Positions 1-10,193 of a DNA stretch of 37,118 bases are shown piece by piece. Every line of letters begins with the position of its first letter. The stretch's first letter is position 1. Below the pieces are notes generated by a model, which saw only the letters and a program-made list of their open reading frames with translations, had not been told where the DNA came from and did not search any database. This DNA is from Nanobdellati archaeon (lineage in GTDB: Archaea; EX4484-52; GLR71), in assembly GCA_019429125.1 (NCBI GenBank), contig JAHYJO010000015.1, positions 1 to 37,118 of the forward strand. The letters run 5' to 3'. Made by a program: the position numbers and the translations under genes.

Positions 1-164
1 TGAAAATGTGTAGTTAATTTTTGTTAAAAAATATTTACTCCTTTTTTGTAAAATCGATAGCCCGCAAGTAACGTAGAAAATTAGAACTTAAAAATATTTC
101 AACAAATAATGACCCTATCAAAAAAATCGTAAGCAAGTAAGACAAAATTTAGCTAAACAAGTAC
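1..164 (-). mobile_element. MITE copy A, cut by the window start; inverted relative to copy B
   Basis: Reverse complement of 28342-28505 with 4 mismatches in 164 nt by manual alignment; ends in the TIR GCTAAACAAGTAC at 152-164. Confidence 0.9.
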
Positions 165-199
165 AAAAATTATATAAAAAAATAGAAAAAAATAAAAAA

Positions 200-377
200 T
201 ACCCTTAGATTAGGTGAAAGATAGCAAAAACAATACTGGAATACTTCCTGAGGAGTTTAATCATTCACCCGACCAATAATGAAAGACATAAACATACCAC
301 ATTAATTGACTGCCCAAAGATACATGTCACATGACCGTGAAAAGAGATTTTATTCCCTGAATTTCTTTGACAGCCAT
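200..377 (-). ncRNA. Candidate structured non-coding RNA, family unknown
   Basis: No ORF of note. On the minus strand 376-364 pairs with 320-307 and 270-260 pairs with 222-212 using G-U pairs that fail on the plus strand. TATA-like element at about 395-410 upstream and a long T tract at 175-200 downstream. Confidence 0.35.
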
Positions 378-609
378 TATCTATATCCTTCAAGATATAT
401 ATTGTTTTAACTGCTTATAAATCTGACTCACACAACACATACAATTTTTGCATACATAATACACAATCATTGAAAAATAACTAACATTTAACAAATATTA
501 TTAATATTCAGGTCAAAACTGCATATTAAAACCAAATATTTAATTATCAAATAGTGACCAACTAAAACCAAAATATCAGAATAAACTTTTAAATCTGCCA
601 AAATAATAA

Positions 610-1875
610 ATGCATAAAGGTGATACTATAAAGATAGCTATATTCTCAGACACTCATTTTGGTTTCGGCACAGGCAAAGAAACAGAAACAGATAGTTATG
701 ACCAGGCCGAAGAAGCATTCACTCTCTCACAAGGCTGCGACCTAATAATTGTACCTGGCGACATATTTGATTCAAGAGTACCAAAACAAGATGTATTAGC
801 AAAAGCGTTAAACCTCTTTTTCAGACCCAAAGAACTAACTTGTGAAACTGAATTAATTGAAATAAAAGGAAAAAACCATCACAAAATACACCCCCTTAAC
901 AAGAGTGGAATACCAATCATAGCAATTGCAGGTACACATGAAAGACGCGGAAAAGATGTAATCAACCCCGTAGAACTCATGGACCAAACAGGCTACCTAA
1001 TCAATCTTCACGGAGAAACTGTAATATACAAAAAAGACAATGAAAAAGTTGCAATAACAGGAATATCAGGTGTCCCTGAAACTTTTGCAAAAGACGTGTT
1101 TGAAAAGATTGACCCTAAACCAGAAAATGGATGCGCCAACATATTTCTAATGCACCAGTCAGTCGGTGAATATGTATACACAGACGAAAAAAGCCCCGGA
1201 CTTGAACTTGAACAATTACCAAAAAATTTCGATCTCATAGTAAACGGCCACATACACTGGCGCAACCAATGCCACATAGGACCAAAAAAAGAAACACTTT
1301 TTCTCCTACCAGGAAGCACAATAACAACACAGATTAGAAAAAACGAAGCTGAAAAAGATAAAGGCATAACCATCTACGACACAGAAACAAAGACAACTGA
1401 ATTTTTACCGCTCAAGTCACAAAGAAAAGTAATATACAAAGAAATCAGATGTGACAGTGAAGACATAAAGACAATAAAATGCAAAATAATTGAATACCTC
1501 ACAGAACTTGAAAAAAAAGAAGAGTTCAGAAAAAAACCACTCTTAAGAATAAAAGTATTAGGCAAAATCCAAGGCAACAACCATCGGATAGACTTTTCTG
1601 ACATTATAAAAAATTACGAAAAAAACTTCATACTTTCCGTAAAAAACAACCTTGAAAGTGAAACTCAAGCAAAAAACAAAGAACTAGTAGCTAAACTCAT
1701 AGAAAACAGAATGTCAATAGACTCCATGGGATTAAATATAATGAAAGACTATGCAGACAAAGAAAAAATCACCTTTAATTACAATCACATATTTGAACTG
1801 CTTGCAGACGGTAATATTGACTCAGCAGAAATTGAACTTCTAGAAAATATCACAATAAGCAAAGAAACAAAATAA
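610..1875 (+). CDS. mre11: DNA double-strand break repair nuclease Mre11
   Basis: Phosphoesterase motifs SDTHFG, GDIFD, GTHE, MHQ and GHIH; directly upstream of rad50. Confidence 0.95.
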   Translation: MHKGDTIKIAIFSDTHFGFGTGKETETDSYDQAEEAFTLSQGCDLIIVPGDIFDSRVPKQDVLAKALNLFFRPKELTCETELIEIKGKNHHKIHPLNKSGIPIIAIAGTHERRGKDVINPVELMDQTGYLINLHGETVIYKKDNEKVAITGISGVPETFAKDVFEKIDPKPENGCANIFLMHQSVGEYVYTDEKSPGLELEQLPKNFDLIVNGHIHWRNQCHIGPKKETLFLLPGSTITTQIRKNEAEKDKGITIYDTETKTTEFLPLKSQRKVIYKEIRCDSEDIKTIKCKIIEYLTELEKKEEFRKKPLLRIKVLGKIQGNNHRIDFSDIIKNYEKNFILSVKNNLESETQAKNKELVAKLIENRMSIDSMGLNIMKDYADKEKITFNYNHIFELLADGNIDSAEIELLENITISKETK

Positions 1876-1893
1876 CAAAAAGATGAACCAACC

Positions 1894-4167
1894 ATGATAA
1901 CAAAAATCAGGCTCAAGAACTGGCAGACACACATAGACTCATCTTTTGACTTTTCAGAAGGCATAAACGCACTTTTAGGAGTCATGGGCTCCGGAAAATC
2001 ATCAGTCCTTGACGCCATATCATTCGCATTCTTTGGCACATTCCCAGCTGCGCAACAAAGACGAATAAAACTAGACAATGTAATCACAGACCTATTTACA
2101 AAACACGACAATGCAAAAGTGACACTTGAATTCGAAAAAGATAACAAAAAATACGAAATAAAAAGAAAGATTGACCGAAAAAAATCATCAACATCCGAAC
2201 TAAGATGCAACGGTCTTTTAATTGAATCACCCGCCAGCCAACGCGTGACAGAAAGAATTGAAAAGATATTAAGCGTTGACTACAACACATTTTCTCAAGT
2301 TGTCTATTGTGAACAAAATAAGCTTGACCAATTTCTCCAAATTCCTCGTGGCCAGAGGATGAAAAAGATTGACGAGCTATTAAAGATAGACCGATTTGAG
2401 ACTGCAAGGTCAAACATAGTCTCTCTTAAAAACCGTATCTCAAAAAGCACAAAAGAACTTGAGATACATACCGCTTCATTAAAAGAAGTAATACAATCAA
2501 AAGATTTGACAACCCTAAAATCAGAAATTGATACTATCGCATTTAAAATTGAAACTTTTAGCCGACACCTTAACGAAATAAAAGAAAAAAGAGATATTCT
2601 ACAAAAAGAGACTGAAACCCTCCAAAAGAAAAAAACCATCTATGACCTACAAAAAAACAGAGAAATTGCAGTCCATTCCAGAATTGACCAAATTACAAAA
2701 GAATTAGCAAACTACACAAATGTAGATGATGTACAATCATATACTCAAGAATTCATAGACACACAGACAGAACGGCTCAATTCAGTACTAAAAACACAAA
2801 AATCCCTTGAAAAAGAAATAACCATCCTTGAAGAAAAAATCAATACCTACACAACTAATCTAAACAGTGAAAATGAAAGGCTAAACGTCCTTGAAAGTAA
2901 GCGCCCAGAAATAGAAAAGCTTAAAGATACTGACAAAACAATTGAAAATATAAAAACAAAAATAGAAGCCCTCCAAAAAGAGGAAGCAGGCATCATCTCA
3001 AAGATGGACGACTCAACACAATCAATAACCACTCTTGAAAAATCAGACGCCAATTGCCCAACCTGCGACACACACTTAAACACAGAAAAAAAATCAATCA
3101 TCATCAAAGAAAAAAAAGACCAGATAGACCGACTTGAAAACTCGCTTGTGATAATTAACAAAGAAATCAAATCTGAAAAAGAAAAGATGGCTGAAAACGA
3201 GAGCAAAAAACGAGAACTACTAAAATACATAAATCTTGAAAGAGACATACTTGAAAAGGCAGACACAATTAAAAAAATAAATTCCGAATTAAAAACACTC
3301 AAGACCAAACTTGACGAATCAATAACAATATTCTCAAAAGACAAAATCAAAAAGATAGAACAAGAAATTAGACGCTTTGAGACCACAAAAACCATATTGC
3401 GCCATCTCCAGGAAAAAAAACAACTTGAAGAAGAAAAAAAACAGATAAGAATAAACTTGGATGAATTAAAGTTCAAACCAGAACAACTTGAAACAAAAAG
3501 AACAGAATTCAACGCACATGACAAGCTTTACAGTACAGACATAGTCCAATTAAGATCCCATCAAGAAATCTATCTTGAAAAGACAAAAAACCTGTCAGTC
3601 CTTGAAAAACAAGCCAAACTCGTAAATGACAATGAACTAAAAATTGAAAATATGAAAGATATCATCCCAGAACTTGAAAGATTCAAGATAGTACTTGAAA
3701 GCACACAAATTATGCTTCGTGAACAGTTTATAGAAACCATCAACAACATAATGGATGACTTATGGACATCAATTTATCCTTACAAAGATTACACAGGGAT
3801 ACAAATTTCAGTCGATGAAGGTGACTACATACTTAAACTAAGAAACCAAGACGAGACCTGGATGAATGTTGAGGGCACAGTCTCAGGTGGCGAACGGATG
3901 ACCGCAGTCCTTGTCCTGCGCATCGCAATGTCCACAATCCTCGCCCCTGGAATGAAAATGCTCCTTCTTGACGAACCGACACACAACCTAGACAGAAAAG
4001 CTGTTGAAGAACTTGCAGAGACATTGAGAACCAAAGTATCAGACATAGTAGACCAGGTATTCCTGATAACCCATGACGAAGCCATGGAAGCTGCAGTCAC
4101 AGGAAAACTATACCGCTTAAATCGCGGAGAGAACAAAGAAGACGTAACAGAAGTAATTGAAGTCTAA
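1894..4167 (+). CDS. rad50: Rad50 ATPase
   Basis: Walker A GVMGSGKSS, coiled coils with a CPTC zinc hook, signature SGGE, Walker B LLDEPT and H-loop ITHD. Confidence 0.96.
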   Translation: MITKIRLKNWQTHIDSSFDFSEGINALLGVMGSGKSSVLDAISFAFFGTFPAAQQRRIKLDNVITDLFTKHDNAKVTLEFEKDNKKYEIKRKIDRKKSSTSELRCNGLLIESPASQRVTERIEKILSVDYNTFSQVVYCEQNKLDQFLQIPRGQRMKKIDELLKIDRFETARSNIVSLKNRISKSTKELEIHTASLKEVIQSKDLTTLKSEIDTIAFKIETFSRHLNEIKEKRDILQKETETLQKKKTIYDLQKNREIAVHSRIDQITKELANYTNVDDVQSYTQEFIDTQTERLNSVLKTQKSLEKEITILEEKINTYTTNLNSENERLNVLESKRPEIEKLKDTDKTIENIKTKIEALQKEEAGIISKMDDSTQSITTLEKSDANCPTCDTHLNTEKKSIIIKEKKDQIDRLENSLVIINKEIKSEKEKMAENESKKRELLKYINLERDILEKADTIKKINSELKTLKTKLDESITIFSKDKIKKIEQEIRRFETTKTILRHLQEKKQLEEEKKQIRINLDELKFKPEQLETKRTEFNAHDKLYSTDIVQLRSHQEIYLEKTKNLSVLEKQAKLVNDNELKIENMKDIIPELERFKIVLESTQIMLREQFIETINNIMDDLWTSIYPYKDYTGIQISVDEGDYILKLRNQDETWMNVEGTVSGGERMTAVLVLRIAMSTILAPGMKMLLLDEPTHNLDRKAVEELAETLRTKVSDIVDQVFLITHDEAMEAAVTGKLYRLNRGENKEDVTEVIEV

Positions 4168-4197
4168 GATTAATAAAAATATAAACAAAAATCTCAT

Positions 4198-4803
4198 CTA
4201 ATTCCCAAAAAATTTAAGCATAAACCGTATCGCCTGCCCATAAAACCCTGCAAACACAGGAATAATTAAATTATCATCTAACTCATCAACAAGAGTCTCA
4301 ACAATTGTTGCAGTAAATGCCATGAGCAATATAATTATTACAGAATCAATAAACAGATAACCTATAATCAAATTAACAAAAAGTTCGGCAAAACAGCCTT
4401 CAACCTTTTTATTTCTTATTCCAGGAATCGAGACCTTGCCATATCGCCTGCCGATAATAGTCGCTGCAGAATCACCAAAAGTTGTCATAAGTATGGCCGC
4501 GACAGCAATGTCCATATCAAAAACAGATATGGAGATTATTGCACCCATAATAAAAAATATATGTCCTGCAAGACGATTTTGTTCCTTATCCCTGACATAA
4601 TCATGCAAAAGCGGTATAGTTATACCTTTCTCAACCCTTAGATACTCACTTTCAATAAACAAGATAAGAGCAAAGACAAGGATAAAAAGAGTGACCTCCT
4701 TACCAAGATAATAATAAAATACCACAATGAGTAAAGATGTCAGATGTATCAGTTTCCTGAAAAACTCTTTCTTTAAACTCATTTCAGCCATAATATTGCC
4801 CAC
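4198..4803 (-). CDS. CTP-dependent polyprenol/dolichol/diacylglycerol kinase family membrane protein (start may be the ATG at 4791)
   Basis: RKLIH, GDSAATIIGRRYG, KKVEG and DDNL motifs of the Sec59/DGK1/VTE5 family; several TM helices. Confidence 0.85.
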   Translation of the reverse strand: MGNIMAEMSLKKEFFRKLIHLTSLLIVVFYYYLGKEVTLFILVFALILFIESEYLRVEKGITIPLLHDYVRDKEQNRLAGHIFFIMGAIISISVFDMDIAVAAILMTTFGDSAATIIGRRYGKVSIPGIRNKKVEGCFAELFVNLIIGYLFIDSVIIILLMAFTATIVETLVDELDDNLIIPVFAGFYGQAIRFMLKFFGN

Positions 4804-4806
4804 ACC

Positions 4807-5820
4807 TCAATTTTTAATCTTAAGATAAACAGTTGCGACATATCCAATTCCAAAACTGATTACATAATACATACCCCTATCAACAAGCGCAACAATTGCA
4901 GCCACATCAGGATCAACACCGACGGCCACATAAAGACTAATAAGCGCAATCTCAGTCACACCAGCACCACCAGGCGTGAGCATCATATAACTTATTGCAG
5001 AACCTAATGTGACCACAACAATTATAAGGATAAGATCAATATCATAGCTCAGACCGATAAATAAGACCCATACACGCGCAAAAGAGAGAAAGAACATCAA
5101 AACAGATAATATTATATTTGTTAGCACCCCCTTTTTATGTTCCAGCAACATATTAAAAGACTCAAAAAATTCAGAAAATATACCCATTATGAAATCTTCA
5201 AATATCTTATATGTCTCAAACCGCCGCTTTATGAATTCAAAAACGCGTAGATGATATATAAAATTTAATATAGAAAACAATATCTCATTTTTTCGTATCC
5301 AATACTTCTGATTGACAAGTATTATGACAACCGACAACAAAACTACAAGACCTAAAGACACTCTGAATATACCAGTAATTACTGACGGTATCTTAAGAAA
5401 CAAGACAGTATATAAAGACGTCATCATAAGCATGACAGCAAACACAGCCATAAGTATTGACTTATCCAAAAGTATTGTCGCATACACCTTCGATTGAGGT
5501 ATATCAAATAATTTAGAGGTATAATGCGCTTTTACAATCTCACCACCGCTTTTTGCCCCAGGTGTCAACGCATTGAACATATCCCCTGAAAAATATATAG
5601 GCAAAAGCTTTGAAAACCGGACTTTATTTATTCTTGAAAGAAATATAGACCACTTAAAACAATCAACAAAAGACCATGATAATGCAATAAGAAACGCAAT
5701 AATAATTATTAGAGAATCAAGAGAAGCAAAAGTATCATAAATATTTTTTAGTCCTATAACATTCACAATATACACAAGAAAAATAATGCTTCCTAAAAAA
5801 TAAGCTATTTTCTTTTTCAT
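4807..5820 (-). CDS. Lysylphosphatidylglycerol synthase TM-domain / flippase-like protein (UPF0104)
   Basis: NALTPGAKSGGE and TPGGAGVTE motifs; polytopic membrane protein. Confidence 0.88.
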   Translation of the reverse strand: MKKKIAYFLGSIIFLVYIVNVIGLKNIYDTFASLDSLIIIIAFLIALSWSFVDCFKWSIFLSRINKVRFSKLLPIYFSGDMFNALTPGAKSGGEIVKAHYTSKLFDIPQSKVYATILLDKSILMAVFAVMLMMTSLYTVLFLKIPSVITGIFRVSLGLVVLLSVVIILVNQKYWIRKNEILFSILNFIYHLRVFEFIKRRFETYKIFEDFIMGIFSEFFESFNMLLEHKKGVLTNIILSVLMFFLSFARVWVLFIGLSYDIDLILIIVVVTLGSAISYMMLTPGGAGVTEIALISLYVAVGVDPDVAAIVALVDRGMYYVISFGIGYVATVYLKIKN

Positions 5821-5928
5821 AAAATCTCAACCAGGATACTATATTTACATAAATAAGAATATATCTTTAACACAATATCACAAAAAATATCTAAACCTAT
5901 ATAAAAATATAGACTAAAAATATATTTC

Positions 5929-6732
5929 ATGTTATTCCACACAGAAAGACTAAAACTAATTTCAGAGATAGATACACCCACAAATACCAAATTCTGTATC
6001 ATAGGATTACCGTTTGATTCTACTGAGACAAACACACCCGGACAAAGATTTGGTCCTACATCAATAAGAGACAAATTTCTAGCACTTGAATCAAAAGACA
6101 TAACAACCAAAATATTTGATGCAGGCGACATCATACCTGTGCATGGAAATGCAGAAAATACCTTACATAAACTGACAGAGACAATAGTAGACATATTTTC
6201 AGATAACAAAAAAATAATGCCCATTCTTCTTGGTGGAGAACATACAGGCACCCTTGGTTCTGTAAAAGCTCTAAAAAATACCTACCCAGACCTGCAAGTT
6301 ATATCATTTGATGCCCACTACGACCTTAAAGACACAGTTGAAGACGAAAAACTATCCCACGCAACCGTAATGAGACGCATCCATGAACTTAATATTCCGG
6401 TAACAGTACTAGGCGCAAGAACTGGCTCAGAGGAAGAGAACACATTTTCCGAAAAGATTAACACAGACATCGAAAAGATAGACCTTGATAAGCCTATCTA
6501 CATATCTCTTGACATAGATTTCTTCGACCCGTCATCAGCACCAGGTGTAGGAGACCCTGAAATAGGCGGGTTTTTTTACGAGAATTTTAAAGCAATTCTA
6601 AAACAATTATCAAAGGGAAATATAGTAGGCGCAGACATAATGGAAGTAAATCCTATGCTAGAGAACAACATAACACCAAATCTTGCAGCACGATGCCTTC
6701 TAGATATCTTAGAAATCATGGACAATAACTAA
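5929..6732 (+). CDS. speB: Agmatinase / ureohydrolase family protein
   Basis: GGEH, DAHYD, SHAT, SLDIDFFD and EVNP arginase-family motifs. Confidence 0.88.
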   Translation: MLFHTERLKLISEIDTPTNTKFCIIGLPFDSTETNTPGQRFGPTSIRDKFLALESKDITTKIFDAGDIIPVHGNAENTLHKLTETIVDIFSDNKKIMPILLGGEHTGTLGSVKALKNTYPDLQVISFDAHYDLKDTVEDEKLSHATVMRRIHELNIPVTVLGARTGSEEENTFSEKINTDIEKIDLDKPIYISLDIDFFDPSSAPGVGDPEIGGFFYENFKAILKQLSKGNIVGADIMEVNPMLENNITPNLAARCLLDILEIMDNN

Positions 6733-6789
6733 TAACGTTTAAAAAGGTTTCTCATTAATTAATCTTGTTAATTTTATTTCATACAATAT

Positions 6790-6864
6790 GGACCAGTGGC
6801 CTAGCCTGGTTAAGGCGCACGGCTGATAACCGTGAAATCGTGAGTTCAAACCTCATCTGGTCCA
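6790..6864 (+). tRNA. tRNA-Ile (GAT)
   Basis: Acceptor stem GGACCAG/CTGGTCC, D arm GCCT/AGGC, anticodon arm CACGG-CTGATAA-CCGTG and T loop TTCAAAC; CCA not encoded. Confidence 0.97.
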
Positions 6865-6875
6865 TTTTTTTCTTA
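6865..6875 (+). terminator. Oligo-T terminator after the tRNA
   Basis: TTTTTTTTCTT immediately 3' of the discriminator base. Confidence 0.6.
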
Positions 6876-6931
6876 TATATACATACCAAAAAAAACAAAT
6901 ATATATACACACAAACGATAAAAGATATATC

Positions 6932-8584
6932 ATGAGACATCTTACAACCACAAGAACCTTATCATTTATATCAATCCTAGCACTTCTAATTTTCATAACC
7001 ATCCCACAGACTTACGCATACGACACCTGGACCACCTACCAAAACGATATACGACATGTAAGCGCAATCACAGCCCCACAATTCACAAACGCCTCAGAAG
7101 AAATAAAACTTAAATGGCGATATACCATAGGCCTTCAGGTAGATTCCTCTCCAGCAATTGCAGACATTGATAATGACGGAAGACTAGAAATAATAATTGG
7201 CTCTTTTGACGGCCACCTTTACGTCTTTGACAGCGAAAACGGAAACATAGCTTGGAAATACAAGACCGGTGGAGGTATCATCTCATCCCCTACAATAATA
7301 GACATAAACAATGATTCCCAACTAGACATCCTATTCGGCTCAGACGACACATACATCTATGCCCTAAACGGCAACAACGGAACACTTATATGGAAATTCA
7401 AGACCGGAAACCTAGTACACTCATCCCCAACAGTAACCGATATAAACCATGATGGAACACTTGAGGTAGCTATTGGTTCAAGTGATGGATATGTATATCT
7501 TCTTAACGCAAGAGACGGAACAGAAATCTGGAAAAATAATGTAGGTGGAATATTTTTATCTTCTCCTGCAATTACAGACATTAATGAAAACAACATAGAA
7601 GACATAATCATAGGCACCGGTAACTTCAACATAGTAGCTCTTGAAGGCACAGATGGACACATTATATGGAACTACACGACCGATGACGTAATCTTAGGTT
7701 CAGTTGCGATTGCAGACATTGACAACAACAATGAACTTGAAGTCGTATTTGGTTCATCAGATTTCAATATATATGCCCTTACCGCTAAAACAGGCATCCT
7801 AAAGTGGTCACAAAAAACAGACGATAGAGTACTTTCAACACCCGCAATATATGACATAAACAATGACAACACAACAGAGATTGTAATAGGCTCCACAGAT
7901 AGACACCTATACATCCTTAACGGCTCAAACGGTGAAATCTTGAAAACATACACAACCGAAGACGAAATCATGTCATCACCAGTATTAGTAGACATAAATA
8001 ACGATTCATATATGGATATAATTGTCGGGTCAAACGACAGGTCAATATACGCAATCAACCATCAAGGAACTGAAATCTGGTCTTTTGCAACAGAAGGCAA
8101 GATTGTCTCACCTCCCACAGTTTTAGACATTGATAATGATGGTTTCCTCGACGTGATTTTCGGATCATATGATGGAAAGATATATGTACTATCAACAAAC
8201 CCCGATACAGAAACACTTAACCTTGAAGCTGACCTTAATGCAGACTATATAGAGACCTTAACTGAATATGAAGAACGCCTACCAATTTCTGCAAATTATA
8301 ACACTATAGATTCTAACTCCGGCAAAAACATAGACCCGAACAATATTACAGACGATAATTATTATGACAATAATGCATCATACGTAACAGCAACAAATAA
8401 TAACATGACAAAAAAAACAACAGATTCAGAAAATAACAAAACTGAAAACAACATTACAAAAAAGATAGACATATTAACTTATGCAAAATCTCTTGCTATC
8501 TTTACAATATTAGTCTTATTAATATTCATAACTTATAGGATATACAAAAAAAGAACAAGCATAGATTATCTTCTTAAAAGATAA
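6932..8584 (+). CDS. Cell-surface FG-GAP/PQQ-like 8-bladed beta-propeller protein
   Basis: Signal peptide; eight ~46-aa repeats of the type SSPxIxDIxNDxxxEIxxGSxD; N/T/D-rich stalk; C-terminal TM helix with a basic tail. Confidence 0.88.
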   Translation: MRHLTTTRTLSFISILALLIFITIPQTYAYDTWTTYQNDIRHVSAITAPQFTNASEEIKLKWRYTIGLQVDSSPAIADIDNDGRLEIIIGSFDGHLYVFDSENGNIAWKYKTGGGIISSPTIIDINNDSQLDILFGSDDTYIYALNGNNGTLIWKFKTGNLVHSSPTVTDINHDGTLEVAIGSSDGYVYLLNARDGTEIWKNNVGGIFLSSPAITDINENNIEDIIIGTGNFNIVALEGTDGHIIWNYTTDDVILGSVAIADIDNNNELEVVFGSSDFNIYALTAKTGILKWSQKTDDRVLSTPAIYDINNDNTTEIVIGSTDRHLYILNGSNGEILKTYTTEDEIMSSPVLVDINNDSYMDIIVGSNDRSIYAINHQGTEIWSFATEGKIVSPPTVLDIDNDGFLDVIFGSYDGKIYVLSTNPDTETLNLEADLNADYIETLTEYEERLPISANYNTIDSNSGKNIDPNNITDDNYYDNNASYVTATNNNMTKKTTDSENNKTENNITKKIDILTYAKSLAIFTILVLLIFITYRIYKKRTSIDYLLKR

Positions 8585-8636
8585 TCAAATACTAAAAACT
8601 AAAAATAAACAAAAGATTAAAACAATATTATTAGAT

Positions 8637-9356
8637 TCATTCTTTTTTTTTCTTTTTATCTTTCTCAAACTCTTCATAATTGGAATAAACCTGACTCAAG
8701 AAAGAATTATTATCTTTTTTCACATTTTTAGCTACTGACTGGTCATCTATATGTTCCTCAGTTTTTTCAACATATATATCATCAGAACCATCATATTCAT
8801 CAGAAGCTAATTTCTCACGACCCTTCCAGAACTCCTCATCAGATTCATCTGTCTTATGCTCTTTATATCCTTTTTTGTTCTTTTCATCTTTTCCTTCTCT
8901 CTTATCTTCTTTGCTAGTCCCTTTAAGATCAGATATCATCCGACCTATAAATTTTATTGGTGTAATTACAAGTTGTCCTAAAAACTTCAAAAGTTTTATT
9001 GTCACCTCACCGACAAATGCAAGAACCCGTACTGGAAGCGATGCGGCCTTGCCTGTTGTCTTCAAAAGGCCATAAAGCATGACCAATAAAGAATACAGCC
9101 CATACACAATAACTGCAAGAACAGCAAAAGTAAGACTTGATTTAAAACCTGGTTCAACAAGACCAGAAACCTTAAGTACATCATTTATAATAACTGGGAA
9201 TACTGCACCAACGACAGCAGCTATGCCAAGACCAAAAATAAGTTTGGTTATCTTGATAGCGACTATAATAATTGCAATAAAAAGAATAATAAGATATAAC
9301 GGATAATCACCAAATGAAGACAATATTGAAGAAATTGTTGCTACAATATCGACCAT
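8637..9356 (-). CDS. Hypothetical membrane protein with a charged C-terminal tail
   Basis: Hydrophobic N-terminal half and K/E/D-rich tail; ATG at 9356 preceded by a GAGGTTGA SD-like sequence. Confidence 0.75.
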   Translation of the reverse strand: MVDIVATISSILSSFGDYPLYLIILFIAIIIVAIKITKLIFGLGIAAVVGAVFPVIINDVLKVSGLVEPGFKSSLTFAVLAVIVYGLYSLLVMLYGLLKTTGKAASLPVRVLAFVGEVTIKLLKFLGQLVITPIKFIGRMISDLKGTSKEDKREGKDEKNKKGYKEHKTDESDEEFWKGREKLASDEYDGSDDIYVEKTEEHIDDQSVAKNVKKDNNSFLSQVYSNYEEFEKDKKKKKE

Positions 9357-9367
9357 AATGCTCAACC

Positions 9368-10096
9368 TCAAATCCCTGGACTGTTAAGAACATCTGCCTT
9401 TAAGATACCAGTACCTTCTATATAAATGACACCATTATCAATCCACAAGTTGCCTTCAAAAGATCTTATATCCATATCACCCATATTTTTCTGATACACA
9501 AGATTACCACTTTGAGCAGATACATTTATGACACCATATACATCTTTTAGATTGAAAGACTTACCAGAAATTCCAGATATTGCCAAATTATCCACAGATA
9601 CATTTTCAATAACTACAGGAATTTGCACATTAGGTCTTATATCCACATCATTAAAAAACAACCCAGAAACATCGCCATCTATTGTAGTTTTATCAGATAT
9701 GACAACATTACCGATAAATTCATCAATGACCACATAATTTATTTCAGATGTAAAAGGCATACCATTGACTATAATAGGTGGATTGGGTATTGTATAATTT
9801 AATTCAATTGACTCCACTGGCTTCCTAAACTTAAACTCTAAATTCTGATGTTCTAAAGACAGAAGTCTTGCGCTGAACTGTACAGTCTCCGTACTTGAGT
9901 GAAACATACCTTTAAGAAGATTACCAGTCGGTTCTTTAAGTCCTGACAAATCAAAACCGAAATCAAATCCAGAACCATCTCCAGAATATGATACAAGCCC
10001 AATTATACCTGCAATAAGAACAAACGCTCCGACAATAACAGTAAGCATAGATTCATCAGCCACAATAACACTCCCTATAATAAAATATTTATACAC
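9368..10096 (-). CDS. Hypothetical membrane-anchored beta-rich protein (start uncertain: 10063 or 10048)
   Basis: One N-terminal hydrophobic helix followed by an alternating beta-strand pattern. Confidence 0.72.
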   Translation of the reverse strand: MYKYFIIGSVIVADESMLTVIVGAFVLIAGIIGLVSYSGDGSGFDFGFDLSGLKEPTGNLLKGMFHSSTETVQFSARLLSLEHQNLEFKFRKPVESIELNYTIPNPPIIVNGMPFTSEINYVVIDEFIGNVVISDKTTIDGDVSGLFFNDVDIRPNVQIPVVIENVSVDNLAISGISGKSFNLKDVYGVINVSAQSGNLVYQKNMGDMDIRSFEGNLWIDNGVIYIEGTGILKADVLNSPGI

Positions 10097-10193
10097 ACTT
10101 CTATTTAAATGATTTCAGTTTTTGATAAATTTTAGAGATTAATTCAAAATATTAAGATAATTAAGATATAATCAATGCATATTTTACACAGAT

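Noticed and set aside
208-262. Type II hammerhead ribozyme on the plus strand (GAAA ... CTGAGGA)
   Set aside because: Stem II is possible only with three G-U pairs, and stem III and the NUH cleavage site cannot be formed.
5929-6864. Functional link between agmatinase and tRNA-Ile through agmatidine
   Set aside because: Agmatidine modifies tRNA-Ile(CAU); this tRNA has a GAU anticodon.
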